Notes: generated by a model from the letters alone, not told the origin. DNA of 64,000 bases from an uncultured Lichenihabitans sp. (GCA_965214415.1 CBDCBQ010000003.1:162091-226090); one strand, 5' to 3'. Shown: positions 1 through 9,839, counted from the stretch's first letter. Program-made: numbers and translations.

Positions 1-312
1 CCCGCCATCCTCGATTCGCTCGTCGCGCGCCTGGCGCCAGGCGGCGAGATCTGCCTCGCCGGGTTCTACGCGGAGCCGCTGTCATTCGCCTTCCCGCCAG
101 CCTTCATGCGCGAGGCGCGCCTGCGCATCGCCGCGCAATGGCAGCGCCAGGATCTCGAGATGGTGCGTCGTCTCGCCGAGACCGGCGCGCTCTCGTTCGA
201 CGGTTTGATCACGCACCGAGCCGAGGCGTCCGATGCCGCGCGGGCCTATGCGACGGCCTTCAACGATCCAGAGTGCCTGAAGATGGTGCTCGACTGGAGA
301 CACAGCTCATGA
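1..312 (+). CDS. bchC: BchC, bacteriochlorophyllide a dehydrogenase (C-terminal fragment; 5' end outside window)
   Basis: Frame is open from nt 1. The C-terminal peptide ...[33 protein letters not shown]...ECLKMVLDW is BchC-like. The stop overlaps the bchX start (ATGA) and the canonical bchCXYZ order follows. Confidence 0.8.
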   Translation, partial: PAILDSLVARLAPGGEICLAGFYAEPLSFAFPPAFMREARLRIAAQWQRQDLEMVRRLAETGALSFDGLITHRAEASDAARAYATAFNDPECLKMVLDWRHSS

Positions 313-1316
313 ACGCCATCACGCCGATCAGCATGAAGGACGCCCTTCGTGCCGAGGCCGCGATCGAGCCGGATCCCGTCGCGATGCTCGACGACGACGC
401 GCCGGCGAAGAAAGAGACGCAGATCATCGCGATCTATGGCAAGGGCGGCATCGGCAAGAGCTTCACGCTCGCCAACCTCTCCTACATGATGGCGCAGCAG
501 GGCAAGAAGGTGCTGCTGATCGGCTGCGACCCGAAGAGCGATACGACGTCGCTGCTGTTTGGCGGCAAAGCGTGCCCGACGATCATCGAGACCTCCGCCA
601 AGATGAAGGCGGCCGGCGCCGAGATCACCATCTCCGACGTCTGCTTCAAGCGCGACGGCGTGTTCGCGATGGAGCTCGGCGGCCCCGAGGTCGGCCGTGG
701 CTGCGGCGGGCGCGGTATCATCCACGGCTTCGAGCTGCTCGAGAAGCTCGGCTTCCACGAGTGGGGCTTCGACTTCGTCCTGCTCGACTTTCTCGGCGAC
801 GTGGTGTGCGGCGGCTTCGGCCTGCCGATCGCCCGCGACATGTGCCAGAAGGTCATCGTCGTTGCGTCCAACGATCTGCAATCGCTCTACGTCGCCAACA
901 ACGTCTGTTCGGCGGTCGAATATTTCCGCAAGCTCGGCGGCAACGTCGGCGTCGCCGGCATGGTCATCAACAAGGATGATCACACCGGCGAGGCGCAGGC
1001 TTTCGCCGAAAGCGCGGGGATCCCCGTGCTGGCGGCGATCCCGGCCGACGAGGACATCCGCAGGAAGAGCGCGAATTACGAGATCATCGGCACGCCGGGC
1101 AATCGCTGGGCCTCGGTCTTCGAGGACCTCGCGCAGAACGTCGCCGACGCGCCGCCTGTGCGGCCGAAGCCGATGACGCAGGATGGCCTCCTCAACCTGT
1201 TCTCGAGCGACACGGTCGGGCGCGACGTCGTCCTCGTGCCAGCGACCATGGAAGACATGTGCGGCCGCGCCGACGTGACGAAGCCGTCCCTCGAAGTCGT
1301 CTACGACACGGTTTGA
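309..1316 (+). CDS. bchX: Chlorophyllide a reductase iron protein subunit X
   Basis: NifH/BchL-like P-loop [41 protein letters not shown] and Fe-S Cys ligands. Its position lies between bchC and bchY. Confidence 0.95.
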   Translation: MNAITPISMKDALRAEAAIEPDPVAMLDDDAPAKKETQIIAIYGKGGIGKSFTLANLSYMMAQQGKKVLLIGCDPKSDTTSLLFGGKACPTIIETSAKMKAAGAEITISDVCFKRDGVFAMELGGPEVGRGCGGRGIIHGFELLEKLGFHEWGFDFVLLDFLGDVVCGGFGLPIARDMCQKVIVVASNDLQSLYVANNVCSAVEYFRKLGGNVGVAGMVINKDDHTGEAQAFAESAGIPVLAAIPADEDIRRKSANYEIIGTPGNRWASVFEDLAQNVADAPPVRPKPMTQDGLLNLFSSDTVGRDVVLVPATMEDMCGRADVTKPSLEVVYDTV

Positions 1317-1321
1317 CACCC

Positions 1322-2953
1322 ATGGATTACGACGCACCCATCGGCGACGACCTGGCCGGCTCCGAGATCGCCAGCTCCGAGATCGCCAATTGCGACATGG
1401 CCAATTCCGACATGGCCAAGTCCGACATCACGATGAGCGAGGCGGGCGAGCCTGTTTCGACCAGCGGCTCGGGCTGCCATGGCGGCAGGGCCGAGATGCG
1501 TCGCGCGGCGGCCGCCGCCGGCAAGTCGGAGATCCTCGACCAATACGCCAAGGACTATCCGCTCGGCCCGCACGATCAGCCGCAAAGCATGTGCCCGGCG
1601 TTCGGCTCGTTGCGCGTCGGCCTGCGCATGAAGCGCACGGCCACCGTCCTGTCGGGCTCCGCCTGCTGCGTCTACGGCCTCACCTTCACCTCGCACTTCT
1701 ATGGCGCCCGCCGCTCGGTCGGCTACGTGCCGTTCAACTCCGAGACGCTCGTCACTGGCAAGCTCTTCGAGGACATCCGCGACGCCGTCTACAAGTTGGC
1801 GGACCCCAAGGACTACGACGCGATCGTCGTCACCAACCTTTGCGTCCCCACCGCCTCGGGCGTGCCGCTGCGGCTGCTGCCGAAGTCGATCAACGGCGTC
1901 CGCATCATCGGCATCGATGTGCCGGGGTTCGGCATTCCGACGCACGCCGAAGCCAAGGACGTGCTCGCCGGGGCGATGCTCGCCTATGCTCGCGAAGAGG
2001 TGATGGCCGGCCCGGTCTCGGCGCCCGAGAAGGGCCGCTCCGATCGCCCCACCATCGCCCTCGTCGGCGAGATGTTTCCAGCCGATCCCATCGGCCTCGG
2101 CGCGATGCTCGAGCCGCTCGGCCTCGCCGCCGGCCCCGTCGTGCCCACCCGCGAATGGCGCGAGCTCTACGCCGCGCTGGATTGCGCCGCCGTGGCCGCC
2201 ATCCATCCGTTCTACAAGGCCAGCCTGCGCGAGTTCGAGGCCGCGGGCCGGCCGATCGTCGGCTCGGCACCGGTCGGCGTCGATGGCACCGCGGCCTGGC
2301 TCGACGCGATCGGCGGAACCTGCGGCGTTGCCCAGGACAAGATCGACGCCGCCAAGAATCGCTTCCTGCCCGCCATCGCCAGTGCGTTGGCCGCTAAACC
2401 GATCAAGGGCCGCATCACCGTCTCGGGCTACGAGGGCTCGGAGCTGCTGGTCGCCCGCCTGCTCGTCGAGAGCGGCGCCGACGTATGCTACGTCGGGACG
2501 GCGTGCCCGCGCACGCCCTGGTCCGAGGCCGACCGCGAATGGCTCGACGCCCGCGGCATCCCGGTCACCTACCGCGCCTCGCTCGAGCAGGACCTCGCCG
2601 CGATGGAGGCGTTCGCGCCCGATCTCGCGATCGGCACCACGCCGCTCGTGCAGAAGGCCAAGGCGAAAGGCATCCCGGCGCTGTACTTCACCAATCTCAT
2701 CTCGGCGCGGCCGCTGTTCGGCGTGATGGGGGCGGGCTCGCTCGCGCAGGTCGTCAATGCCGCGATCGCCTCGAAACCGCGCTTCGAAGAGATGAAAGCC
2801 TTCTTCGAGGGCGTCGGCGCCGGCCATGCCGCGGGCGTGTGGCAGGACACGCCGGTCGATCGCCCCGAGTTTCGCGAGAAGTACAAGCGCGCCCTCGACA
2901 TCCAGGCCAAGCGCAAAGCCGCCGAGACGCAGGATCTGGGAGGGCCCAACTGA
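1322..2953 (+). CDS. bchY: Chlorophyllide a reductase subunit Y, with a repeat-containing N-terminal extension
   Basis: NifD/BchN-like body ([32 protein letters not shown]...) between bchX and bchZ. The stop overlaps the bchZ start (TGATG). Confidence 0.92.
   Translation: MDYDAPIGDDLAGSEIASSEIANCDMANSDMAKSDITMSEAGEPVSTSGSGCHGGRAEMRRAAAAAGKSEILDQYAKDYPLGPHDQPQSMCPAFGSLRVGLRMKRTATVLSGSACCVYGLTFTSHFYGARRSVGYVPFNSETLVTGKLFEDIRDAVYKLADPKDYDAIVVTNLCVPTASGVPLRLLPKSINGVRIIGIDVPGFGIPTHAEAKDVLAGAMLAYAREEVMAGPVSAPEKGRSDRPTIALVGEMFPADPIGLGAMLEPLGLAAGPVVPTREWRELYAALDCAAVAAIHPFYKASLREFEAAGRPIVGSAPVGVDGTAAWLDAIGGTCGVAQDKIDAAKNRFLPAIASALAAKPIKGRITVSGYEGSELLVARLLVESGADVCYVGTACPRTPWSEADREWLDARGIPVTYRASLEQDLAAMEAFAPDLAIGTTPLVQKAKAKGIPALYFTNLISARPLFGVMGAGSLAQVVNAAIASKPRFEEMKAFFEGVGAGHAAGVWQDTPVDRPEFREKYKRALDIQAKRKAAETQDLGGPN
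1361..1435 (+). repeat. In-frame imperfect 15-bp tandem repeat x5 inside the bchY 5' region
   Basis: Units are tccgagatcgccagc / tccgagatcgccaat / tgcgacatggccaat / tccgacatggccaag / tccgacatcacgatg. They encode [25 protein letters not shown]. Confidence 0.95.
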
Positions 2954-4401
2954 TGCTGGTCCTCGATCACGACAGGGCGGGCGGCTACTGGGGCGCGGTC
3001 TACGCGTTCACCGCCATCAAGGGGCTGCAGGTCATCATCGACGGGCCGGTGGGTTGCGAAAACCTGCCGGTGACCGCGGTGCTCCATTACACCGATGGTT
3101 TGCCGCCGCACGAGCTGCCGATCGTCGTCACCGGCCTCAGCGAGGAAGAGCTCGGCAAGACGGGCACCGAGGGCGCGATGCGACGCGCCCACAAGGTGCT
3201 CGATCCCGCCCAGCCGGCGGTCGTCGTCACCGGCTCGATCGCCGAGATGATCGGCGGCGGCGTGACGCCCGAGGGCACCAACATCAAGCGCTTCCTGCCG
3301 CGCACGATCGACGAGGATCAGTGGCAGTCGGCCAATCGCGCGATCAACTGGCTGTGGACCGAGTTCGGTCCGAAGAAGCCGCCGGCGCGCAAGCCCCGGG
3401 CGGAAGGCGCCAAGCCCCGCGTCAACATCATCGGGCCGATCTACGGCACCTTCAACATGCCGTCCGATCTCGCCGAGATTCGTCGGCTGGTCGAAGGCAT
3501 CGGCTGCGAGGTCGCGATGACCTTTCCGCTCGGCAGCCATATCGCCGATGTCGGCAAGCTCGCCGATGCAGAGGTCAACGTCTGCATGTATCGCGAGTTC
3601 GGCCGACTGCTCTGCGAGCAGCTCGACCGGCCCTATCTGCAGGCGCCGATCGGCCTGCACTCGACGACGCGCTTTCTTCGCGCGCTGGGTGAGCTCACCG
3701 GGCTCGATCCCGAGCCGTTCATCGAGCGCGAGAAGCACACGACGATCAAGCCGCTGTGGGACCTCTGGCGCTCCGTCACGCAGGACTTTTTCGGCACCGC
3801 GAGCTTCGCGATCGTCGCGACCGAAACCTATGCGCGAGGGGTGCGCCATTTTCTCGAGGACGAAATGGGGCTGCCCTGCAATTTCGCGGTCGCGCGAAAG
3901 CCAGGCGTCAAGCCGCAAAACGACGAGGTCCGCGCGCTCTGCCAGACCAAGACGCCGCTGGTGCTGTTCGGCAGCTTCAACGAGCGCATGTATCTGGCCG
4001 AGACCAACGCGCGGGCGACCTACATCCCGCTGTCGTTCCCCGGTGCCATCATCCGCCGTCATACGGGCACGCCGGTGATGGGATATTCCGGCGCGACCTG
4101 GATCGTGCAGGAGGTGTGCAACGCGCTGTTCGACGCGCTCTTCCACATCCTGCCGCTGGCGACGGTGATGGACAAGACCGAGGCGACCCCGTCGCGTCTG
4201 AGCGCCGATCTCAGCTGGGATGATGACGCGCGCGCCGCGTTGGAGACGCTGGTCCAGGCACAGCCTGTCCTCGTGCGCATCTCCGCCGCGAAGCGCCTGC
4301 GCGACGCCGCCGAGGTCGTCGCCCAGAAATCCGGCGAGAAACGTGTGACCGCCACCCATGTCGAGCATTCGGCAAACGATTTCGCGGGGCAATCCGCATG
4401 A
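2953..4401 (+). CDS. bchZ: Chlorophyllide a reductase subunit Z
   Basis: N-terminus [39 protein letters not shown] is typical of BchZ. It is full length at 482 aa. Confidence 0.95.
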   Translation: MLVLDHDRAGGYWGAVYAFTAIKGLQVIIDGPVGCENLPVTAVLHYTDGLPPHELPIVVTGLSEEELGKTGTEGAMRRAHKVLDPAQPAVVVTGSIAEMIGGGVTPEGTNIKRFLPRTIDEDQWQSANRAINWLWTEFGPKKPPARKPRAEGAKPRVNIIGPIYGTFNMPSDLAEIRRLVEGIGCEVAMTFPLGSHIADVGKLADAEVNVCMYREFGRLLCEQLDRPYLQAPIGLHSTTRFLRALGELTGLDPEPFIEREKHTTIKPLWDLWRSVTQDFFGTASFAIVATETYARGVRHFLEDEMGLPCNFAVARKPGVKPQNDEVRALCQTKTPLVLFGSFNERMYLAETNARATYIPLSFPGAIIRRHTGTPVMGYSGATWIVQEVCNALFDALFHILPLATVMDKTEATPSRLSADLSWDDDARAALETLVQAQPVLVRISAAKRLRDAAEVVAQKSGEKRVTATHVEHSANDFAGQSA

Positions 4402-4432
4402 CATTCCCCTCGTCTCCAAGGAGTACCGACCC

Positions 4433-4681
4433 ATGACCGCTCATTTGATCACCGCTCAATCGATGAATGCGCGTCGCCTCGCGGCTCCGGCCACGTCCCA
4501 TGATCGCGACAGCCTGCACTTCAAGGCGATCTTCGCGTTCAGCTTCGCGATCTACCTTCCGATCGCCATCGCCGCACGCCTCTTCCCCGCCTATTGGCGC
4601 GGCGAGGCTCCGCACCGCTCGGTCTTCGCCGATGCGTGCGCCGGCGCGGGAACAACGGCGCAGCTCGCCTTCGCGGGCTAG
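4433..4681 (+). CDS. PufQ-like small membrane protein (positional and architectural call)
   Basis: ATG is preceded by AAGGAG. The 82-aa product has one central hydrophobic helix (FAFSFAIYLPIAIAARLF) and sits between bchZ and pufB, where pufQ lies in Rhodobacter. No strong sequence identity could be verified. Confidence 0.5.
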   Translation: MTAHLITAQSMNARRLAAPATSHDRDSLHFKAIFAFSFAIYLPIAIAARLFPAYWRGEAPHRSVFADACAGAGTTAQLAFAG

Positions 4682-4807
4682 TCTGGCGCCAAACAATTCG
4701 TCCGGGTCCCCGGGCGCATAAGCGTCGCTGCGGTCCGCCGCCGCGACGACCCTGCCGCCCAGTCCAGGGCGGTAACGGCCCCAGGGGCCAAACAGAAGGA
4801 GGGTAAC

Positions 4808-5026
4808 ATGGCTGATGTCCCGGGACGTGACGTCTCCATTTCAGGAATGACCGAACCGGAAGCACGCGAGTTCCATTCGATCTTCGTCACCAGCTTCATC
4901 GCGTTCACGGTGGTCGCGATCATCGCGCACATCCTCGTGTGGCTGTGGCGCCCCTGGCTGCCGGGGCCGAATGGCTACAAGACGTCGATGGACATGCTCC
5001 ATCACGTTCTCACCACTTTCGCTTAA
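4808..5026 (+). CDS. pufB: Light-harvesting 1 beta polypeptide with a C-terminal extension
   Basis: [13 protein letters not shown]...[17 protein letters not shown] carries the conserved BChl-ligand His. RBS AAGGAGGG lies upstream. Confidence 0.95.
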   Translation: MADVPGRDVSISGMTEPEAREFHSIFVTSFIAFTVVAIIAHILVWLWRPWLPGPNGYKTSMDMLHHVLTTFA

Positions 5027-5038
5027 GGAGAACGAACC

Positions 5039-5230
5039 ATGTGGCGTGTATGGCTGCTCTTTGATCCGCGCAGGACGCTGATCGCTCTCTTCACCTTTCT
5101 GTTCGGGCTCGCGCTCCTGATCCACTTCATCTTGCTGTCCACCGACCGGTTCAACTGGCTCGAGGGCATGCATTCGAAGCAGGCCGCGGCGGCGAGCGAA
5201 ATGTCGCCGATGCCGTCGCCCGCCAAGTAG
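5039..5230 (+). CDS. pufA: Light-harvesting 1 alpha polypeptide
   Basis: [43 protein letters not shown] is the canonical LH1 alpha motif. Confidence 0.95.
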   Translation: MWRVWLLFDPRRTLIALFTFLFGLALLIHFILLSTDRFNWLEGMHSKQAAAASEMSPMPSPAK

Positions 5231-5270
5231 CGGTTCGACAGCGAAGGTTTCTACACCAACAAATGACGAT

Positions 5271-5329
5271 GGCGGATCCCGACTGATGCCGGGCCGCCGT
5301 CGGCACGATGCGGTCCGTGACGAGTGCCG
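5271..5329 (+). promoter_or_regulatory. Two predicted RNA hairpins in the pufA-pufL intercistronic region
   Basis: Hairpin 1 is GGCGG-AT-CCCG / loop ACTGATGC / CGGG-CCGCC (5271-5298). Hairpin 2 is CGGCAC...GTGCCG (5301-5329). The position matches the mRNA-stabilising hairpins known in Rhodobacter puf transcripts. Confidence 0.35.
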
Positions 5330-5353
5330 CGCGTTTGCCGGGAGGTTTTGGAC

Positions 5354-6178
5354 ATGGCGATGCTCAGTTTCGAGCGAAAATACCGCGTGCCCGGCGGCAC
5401 GCTGATCGGCGGCGAACTCTTCGATTTTTGGGTCGGCCCCTTCTACGTCGGATTCTTCGGGATCACGACGATGTTCTTCTCCTTCGTCGGCACCGCGCTG
5501 ATCGTCTACGGTGCCACGCTCGGCACGACGTGGAACATCTGGCAGATCTCGATCGCGCCGCCCGACATCAGCTACGGTCTCGCGCTCGCGCCTCTCAAGG
5601 AGGGCGGGCTCTGGCAGCTCATCACCATCTGCGCGATCGGCGCCTTCAGCTCCTGGGCGTTGCGCGAGGTCGAGATCTGCCGCAAGCTCGGCATCGGCCT
5701 GCACGTCCCGTTCGCCTTCGCGGTCGCGATCTTCGCCTATGTCTCGTTGGAGGTCATACGACCGGTGCTGCTCGGCGCCTGGGGCTTCGGCTTTCCCTAC
5801 GGGATCCTGTCGCATCTCGATTGGGTGTCGAACACCGGCTACCAATACCTGCACTTCCACTACAATCCGGCGCACATGCTCGCCATCACCTTCTTCTTCG
5901 CGACGACGCTGGCGTTGTCGCTGCATGGCTCGCTGGTTTTGTCCGCGACCAATCCCCAGAAGGGCGAGCGCGTGAAGACGCCGGAGCACGAGAACACCGT
6001 GTTCCGCGACTACATCGGCTGGTCGATCGGCACGATCGGCATCCACCGACTGGGTCTCTTCCTGGCACTGTCCGCCGGGTTCTGGAGCGCGGTCTGCATC
6101 ATCATCTCGGGGCCCTTCTGGTCGAAAGGTTGGCCGGAATGGTGGTCGTGGTGGCTCAACCTTCCGATCTGGCGCTGA
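5354..6178 (+). CDS. pufL: Photosynthetic reaction centre L subunit
   Basis: [36 protein letters not shown]... is the canonical RC-L sequence. Confidence 0.97.
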   Translation: MAMLSFERKYRVPGGTLIGGELFDFWVGPFYVGFFGITTMFFSFVGTALIVYGATLGTTWNIWQISIAPPDISYGLALAPLKEGGLWQLITICAIGAFSSWALREVEICRKLGIGLHVPFAFAVAIFAYVSLEVIRPVLLGAWGFGFPYGILSHLDWVSNTGYQYLHFHYNPAHMLAITFFFATTLALSLHGSLVLSATNPQKGERVKTPEHENTVFRDYIGWSIGTIGIHRLGLFLALSAGFWSAVCIIISGPFWSKGWPEWWSWWLNLPIWR

Positions 6179-6188
6179 GGAGCTCGTC

Positions 6189-7169
6189 ATGCCCGAGTAT
6201 CAAAACATCTTCACCCAGGTCCAGGTTCGCGGACCACTCCACGCCGGCATCCCGCTCGCCGCGGGCGGCGACCGGGAACGCCTCGGCAAGCCGTTCTTCA
6301 ACTACTGGGCGGGCGTCATCGGCGACGCGCAGATCGGCCCGGTCTATCTCGGCTTCCTCGGCACGGCGTCGATCCTGTTCGGCGTGCTGGCCTTCGAGGT
6401 CATCGGCCTCAACATGTGGGCCTCGGTGAACTGGAGCCCGATCCAGTTTGTCCGCCAACTGCCGTGGCTCGCGCTCGAGCCGCCGCCGCCCTCGATGGGG
6501 CTCTGCATGATCTGCCCGCTCGATCAGGGCGGCTGGTGGCAGATCGCCGGCTTCTTCCTGACGACGTCGGTCCTGCTCTGGTGGATGCGCATCTACAGCC
6601 GCGCCAAGGCGCTCGGCATGGGCACGCACGCCGCCTGGGCGTTCCTCTCGGCGATCTGGCTGTTCCTCGTGCTCGGCTTCATCCGGCCGTTGCTGATGGG
6701 CAGCTGGGGCGAGGCGGTGCCGTTCGGCATCTTCCCGCACCTCGACTGGACCGCGGCGTTCTCGCTGCGTTACGGCAACCTCTTCTACAACCCCTTCCAC
6801 ATGCTCTCGATCGCGTTTCTCTACGGTTCGACACTGCTCTTCGCCATGCACGGCGCGACCATCCTCGCGGTCAGCCGGCTCGGTGGCGAGCGCGAGATCG
6901 AGCAGATCGTCGATCGTGGCACCGCCTCGGAACGCGCCGCGCTGTTTTGGCGCTGGACTATGGGGTTCAACGCGACCATGGAATCCATCCATAGATGGGC
7001 CTGGTGGTTCGCGGTGCTGACGCCGCTCGTCGGCGGCATCGGCATCCTGCTCACCGGCACGGCCGTCGACAATTGGTACCTCTGGGCGGTCAAGCACGGC
7101 GTGGCCCCGCACTATCCGCAGGTCGGGCCGGCCGTCGTCGATCCCGCCACGCTACCGGGAGCGCACTGA
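6189..7169 (+). CDS. pufM: Photosynthetic reaction centre M subunit
   Basis: [16 protein letters not shown]...[18 protein letters not shown]... is the canonical RC-M sequence. Confidence 0.97.
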   Translation: MPEYQNIFTQVQVRGPLHAGIPLAAGGDRERLGKPFFNYWAGVIGDAQIGPVYLGFLGTASILFGVLAFEVIGLNMWASVNWSPIQFVRQLPWLALEPPPPSMGLCMICPLDQGGWWQIAGFFLTTSVLLWWMRIYSRAKALGMGTHAAWAFLSAIWLFLVLGFIRPLLMGSWGEAVPFGIFPHLDWTAAFSLRYGNLFYNPFHMLSIAFLYGSTLLFAMHGATILAVSRLGGEREIEQIVDRGTASERAALFWRWTMGFNATMESIHRWAWWFAVLTPLVGGIGILLTGTAVDNWYLWAVKHGVAPHYPQVGPAVVDPATLPGAH

Positions 7170-7170
7170 G

Positions 7171-8295
7171 ATGAAAAAGCTCGGCATCGGCACGATCATC
7201 GCGCTCACCGTCGGCGTGCTGCTGTCCGCCTTCGTCGTCTTCGGGACCTTCCAGCTCCCGACGACGAAGAGCGTCCAGCGCGGCTATCGCGGCACCGCGA
7301 TGGACCTCATCTACCACCGTGCTCAGCTCGCCTCGGCGGAGTCGGCGAACAAGTTGCCCGGCGTCATCCCGGCCTCTGACCCGGTTGGTCAGAAGGCGGG
7401 CACGATCTACAAGAACTTGAAGGTGCTCGGCGACGTCGACATCGGCGAGTTCGGCCGCATCATGGCGAGCATGGCGGAGTGGGTCGCGCCCACGCAGAGC
7501 TGCGCCTATTGCCACGGCGCCGACGGCAACTTCGCCTCCGACGCGCTCTACACCAAGCGCGTCGCGCGGCGGATGTTGCAAATGACGCGGCACATCAACA
7601 CCGACTGGAAGGACCACGTCGGCAAGACCGGTGTCGTCTGCTACACCTGCCACCGCGGGCAGCCGGTGCCGACCTACATCTGGTTCGATCAGCAGGGCCC
7701 GGCGGCCGGGATGGGCGTCGCCTCGGCGGTCGCGGGCGACAGCGCGTTGCCGGCCAACCCGTACACGCCGTTCCTCGAGAAGGCGAAAGAGATCCGCGTG
7801 ATCTCGAAGACGGCGCTGCCCACCGGCGATCGGCAGTCGATCAAGCAGACCGAGTACACCTACTCGCTGATGATCAACATGGCGAATTCGCTCGGCGTGA
7901 ACTGCACGTTCTGTCACAACACCCGCTCGTTCGCGGCGTGGGATCAAAGCTCGCCGCAGCGCGCGACGGCCTGGTACGGAATCCGTATGGTTCGCGACAT
8001 CAACGAGATCTACCTGGCGAGCCTGAAGGGGACGTTCCCGGACTACCGGCTCGGACCGCTGGGTGATGTCGCCAAGGTCAACTGCCTGACCTGCCACCAG
8101 GGTGCCTACAAGCCGCTGCTCGGCGCGCCGATCGCCGGCACCTACCCGGAGCTGGAGACGAACGTCGACGTCGCCAGCGCCGCCCCGGCACCCGCGCCTG
8201 AAACGCCCGCGGCACCTGCGGCACCCGCGCCGGACAACGCGGCTCCAGCCGCGCCGGTCGCCCCGCCGCCGGCCGCGGCGCCCGCGCCAAACTAG
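7171..8295 (+). CDS. pufC: Reaction-centre tetraheme cytochrome c subunit
   Basis: Four CxxCH motifs are present (CAYCH, CYTCH, CTFCH, CLTCH). It has an N-terminal hydrophobic helix and starts 1 nt after the pufM stop. Confidence 0.95.
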   Translation: MKKLGIGTIIALTVGVLLSAFVVFGTFQLPTTKSVQRGYRGTAMDLIYHRAQLASAESANKLPGVIPASDPVGQKAGTIYKNLKVLGDVDIGEFGRIMASMAEWVAPTQSCAYCHGADGNFASDALYTKRVARRMLQMTRHINTDWKDHVGKTGVVCYTCHRGQPVPTYIWFDQQGPAAGMGVASAVAGDSALPANPYTPFLEKAKEIRVISKTALPTGDRQSIKQTEYTYSLMINMANSLGVNCTFCHNTRSFAAWDQSSPQRATAWYGIRMVRDINEIYLASLKGTFPDYRLGPLGDVAKVNCLTCHQGAYKPLLGAPIAGTYPELETNVDVASAAPAPAPETPAAPAAPAPDNAAPAAPVAPPPAAAPAPN

Positions 8296-8320
8296 GCCGG
8301 AGGTCATATCGCATGCGTGA

Positions 8321-8350
8321 AGGGGCTCCGGTCGATCGACCGGAGCCCCT
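8321..8350 (+). terminator. Perfect 30-nt palindrome (13-bp stem, GATC loop) ending the puf operon
   Basis: AGGGGCTCCGGTC-GATC-GACCGGAGCCCCT lies 26 nt after the pufC stop and is followed by ACGCTTT. Confidence 0.6.
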
Positions 8351-8409
8351 ACGCTTTACCCGAGCGGCACGGGCCGGTATGCGTTCGAGCGTAGCAATCT
8401 CGAGACGAC

Positions 8410-9111
8410 ATGACCCGCGCCAGCGCCAATGATCCGGGTGCCAACCAAGATGCGGCAGCGGCCGCGACAGACCGGACCGGTTTCGCGGCGATCCTGCGCG
8501 CGCGCACCGCCGGCATCCATCGCGAGGCCGAGCGGGCCGGCATCATCGCGAGCCTGATCCGGGGGCGCGCCACCCGGCAGGGCTACGCGCTGTATCTTCG
8601 CAATCTCATCCCGGCCTATACCGCGCTGGAGACCGCGCTCGAGGCGTCCCGTGACGAGCCTGCCCTCCGCGCCTTCGCCGATCCGGCGCTGTATCGAATG
8701 CCGGCGTTGACCCGCGACCTCGCCGCGATCGTCGGCTCGGGCTGGGCGTCGTCGTGCCGGCTGCTGCCGGAGGCGGAGGCCTATGCCGATGCCATCGCGA
8801 GCGCGGCCCCGGCGATCCTGGTGGCGCATGCCTATGCCCGCTACCTCGGCGACCTGAGCGGGGGGCAAATTCTGAAACCGGTCCTTGCTCGGACTCTCGG
8901 CTTGGGCTCGGAGGCGCTGACGTTCTACGACTTCCCGGCGATCGCCGATGTCGCGGCGGTGAAGCTCGCCATGCGTGACGCCTTCGACGCGATTTCCGAG
9001 GGGCACGCAACCTCTGCGCCCGGCATCCAGGACGCGATCGTCGGGGAGGCGATCGCCGCGTTTCGGCACAACATCGCCGTGTCCGAGGCCGTGCAGGCGG
9101 CGATCGGCTGA
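8410..9111 (+). CDS. Heme oxygenase (biliverdin-producing, HmuO/BphO-like)
   Basis: N-terminal LRARTAGIHREAER (proximal-His region) and ...QGYALYLRNLIPAYTALETALE fit the HO fold signature. The product is 233 aa. Confidence 0.8.
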   Translation: MTRASANDPGANQDAAAAATDRTGFAAILRARTAGIHREAERAGIIASLIRGRATRQGYALYLRNLIPAYTALETALEASRDEPALRAFADPALYRMPALTRDLAAIVGSGWASSCRLLPEAEAYADAIASAAPAILVAHAYARYLGDLSGGQILKPVLARTLGLGSEALTFYDFPAIADVAAVKLAMRDAFDAISEGHATSAPGIQDAIVGEAIAAFRHNIAVSEAVQAAIG

Positions 9112-9116
9112 ACGGG

Positions 9117-9839
9117 GTGCCTGTCAACTCGCACGGCCAGCAAATTGGTGTGCCGCTCGATGGCTGGACGCCGCGCCCGCTTCCGGCGCGGGAGGCGATG
9201 GTCGGCCGGACCTGCCGGCTCGAGCCGCTTACGCTGCACCATGCCGCCGATCTCTTCGCGGCCTACGCGTCGGCGCCCGACGATCGCGACTGGACCTACC
9301 TGCCGCACGAGCGCCCCGCCGATGCCGATGGCTTTCGCGAACTCATCGCCGCGCAGGCCCTAGCGGTCGACCCGCTGCACCACGCCATCGTCGAGACGGC
9401 GCGGGGTAGGGCGCTGGGCACCGCCGCCCTCATGCGGATCGACCCGGCCAACGGAGTCATCGAGATCGGTCACATCAACTACGCGCCCGCCCTCCAGCGG
9501 ACGCCGGCAGGAACCGAGGCGATCCATCTCCTGATGCGGCGCGTCTTCGACGAGCTCGGCTATCGGCGTCTCGAGTGGAAATGCGACAGCCTCAACGCGC
9601 CATCACGCCGCGCGGCGGTGCGCTACGGCTTCACATACGAGGGTACGTTCCAGCAGGCCATCGTCACAAAAGGGCGCAACCGCGACACCGCGTGGTACGC
9701 CCTGCTGGATCGCGACTGGCCGCATGTGCGGGCGGCAATGAAGGCGTGGCTAGAACCGGCGAATTTCGATCCGCACGGGGCGCAACGCAAGCTCCTCGCG
9801 GCCGGTGCTGATGGCGCTCTCAAAGACGCCGACGCTTGA
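9117..9839 (+). CDS. GNAT family N-acetyltransferase (RimJ/RimL-like)
   Basis: IEIGHINYAPALQRTPAGTEAIHLLMRRVFDELGYRRLEWKCDSLNAPSRRAAVRYGFTYEGTF is a typical acetyl-CoA binding core. Confidence 0.85.
   Translation: MPVNSHGQQIGVPLDGWTPRPLPAREAMVGRTCRLEPLTLHHAADLFAAYASAPDDRDWTYLPHERPADADGFRELIAAQALAVDPLHHAIVETARGRALGTAALMRIDPANGVIEIGHINYAPALQRTPAGTEAIHLLMRRVFDELGYRRLEWKCDSLNAPSRRAAVRYGFTYEGTFQQAIVTKGRNRDTAWYALLDRDWPHVRAAMKAWLEPANFDPHGAQRKLLAAGADGALKDADA

Noticed and set aside
1361-1435. Tandem repeats here, and at 10173-10200 and 36345-36379, as a possible CRISPR or minisatellite array
   Set aside because: The units are 7-15 bp with no spacers of CRISPR length and no cas genes. They are a coding repeat and short promoter-region repeats respectively.
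4841-6190. 449-aa minus-strand ORF across pufB-pufA-pufL, with similar long antisense or off-frame ORFs at 246-1337, 1301-2827, 2569-4434, 7090-8307, 35631-37691, 38149-39717 and 49691-51370
   Set aside because: Each overlaps a gene with unmistakable family signatures in another frame or strand. Their translations are low-complexity, Arg/Ala/Gly/Pro-biased, and lack motifs. These are typical high-GC shadow ORFs.
8296-9111. Expectation of a bacteriophytochrome or ppsR next to the heme oxygenase
   Set aside because: No PAS-GAF-PHY or PpsR-like sequence is present in any frame between pufC and the GNAT gene. I also saw no TGT-N12-ACA PpsR-type palindrome in the pufB upstream region (4682-4807).
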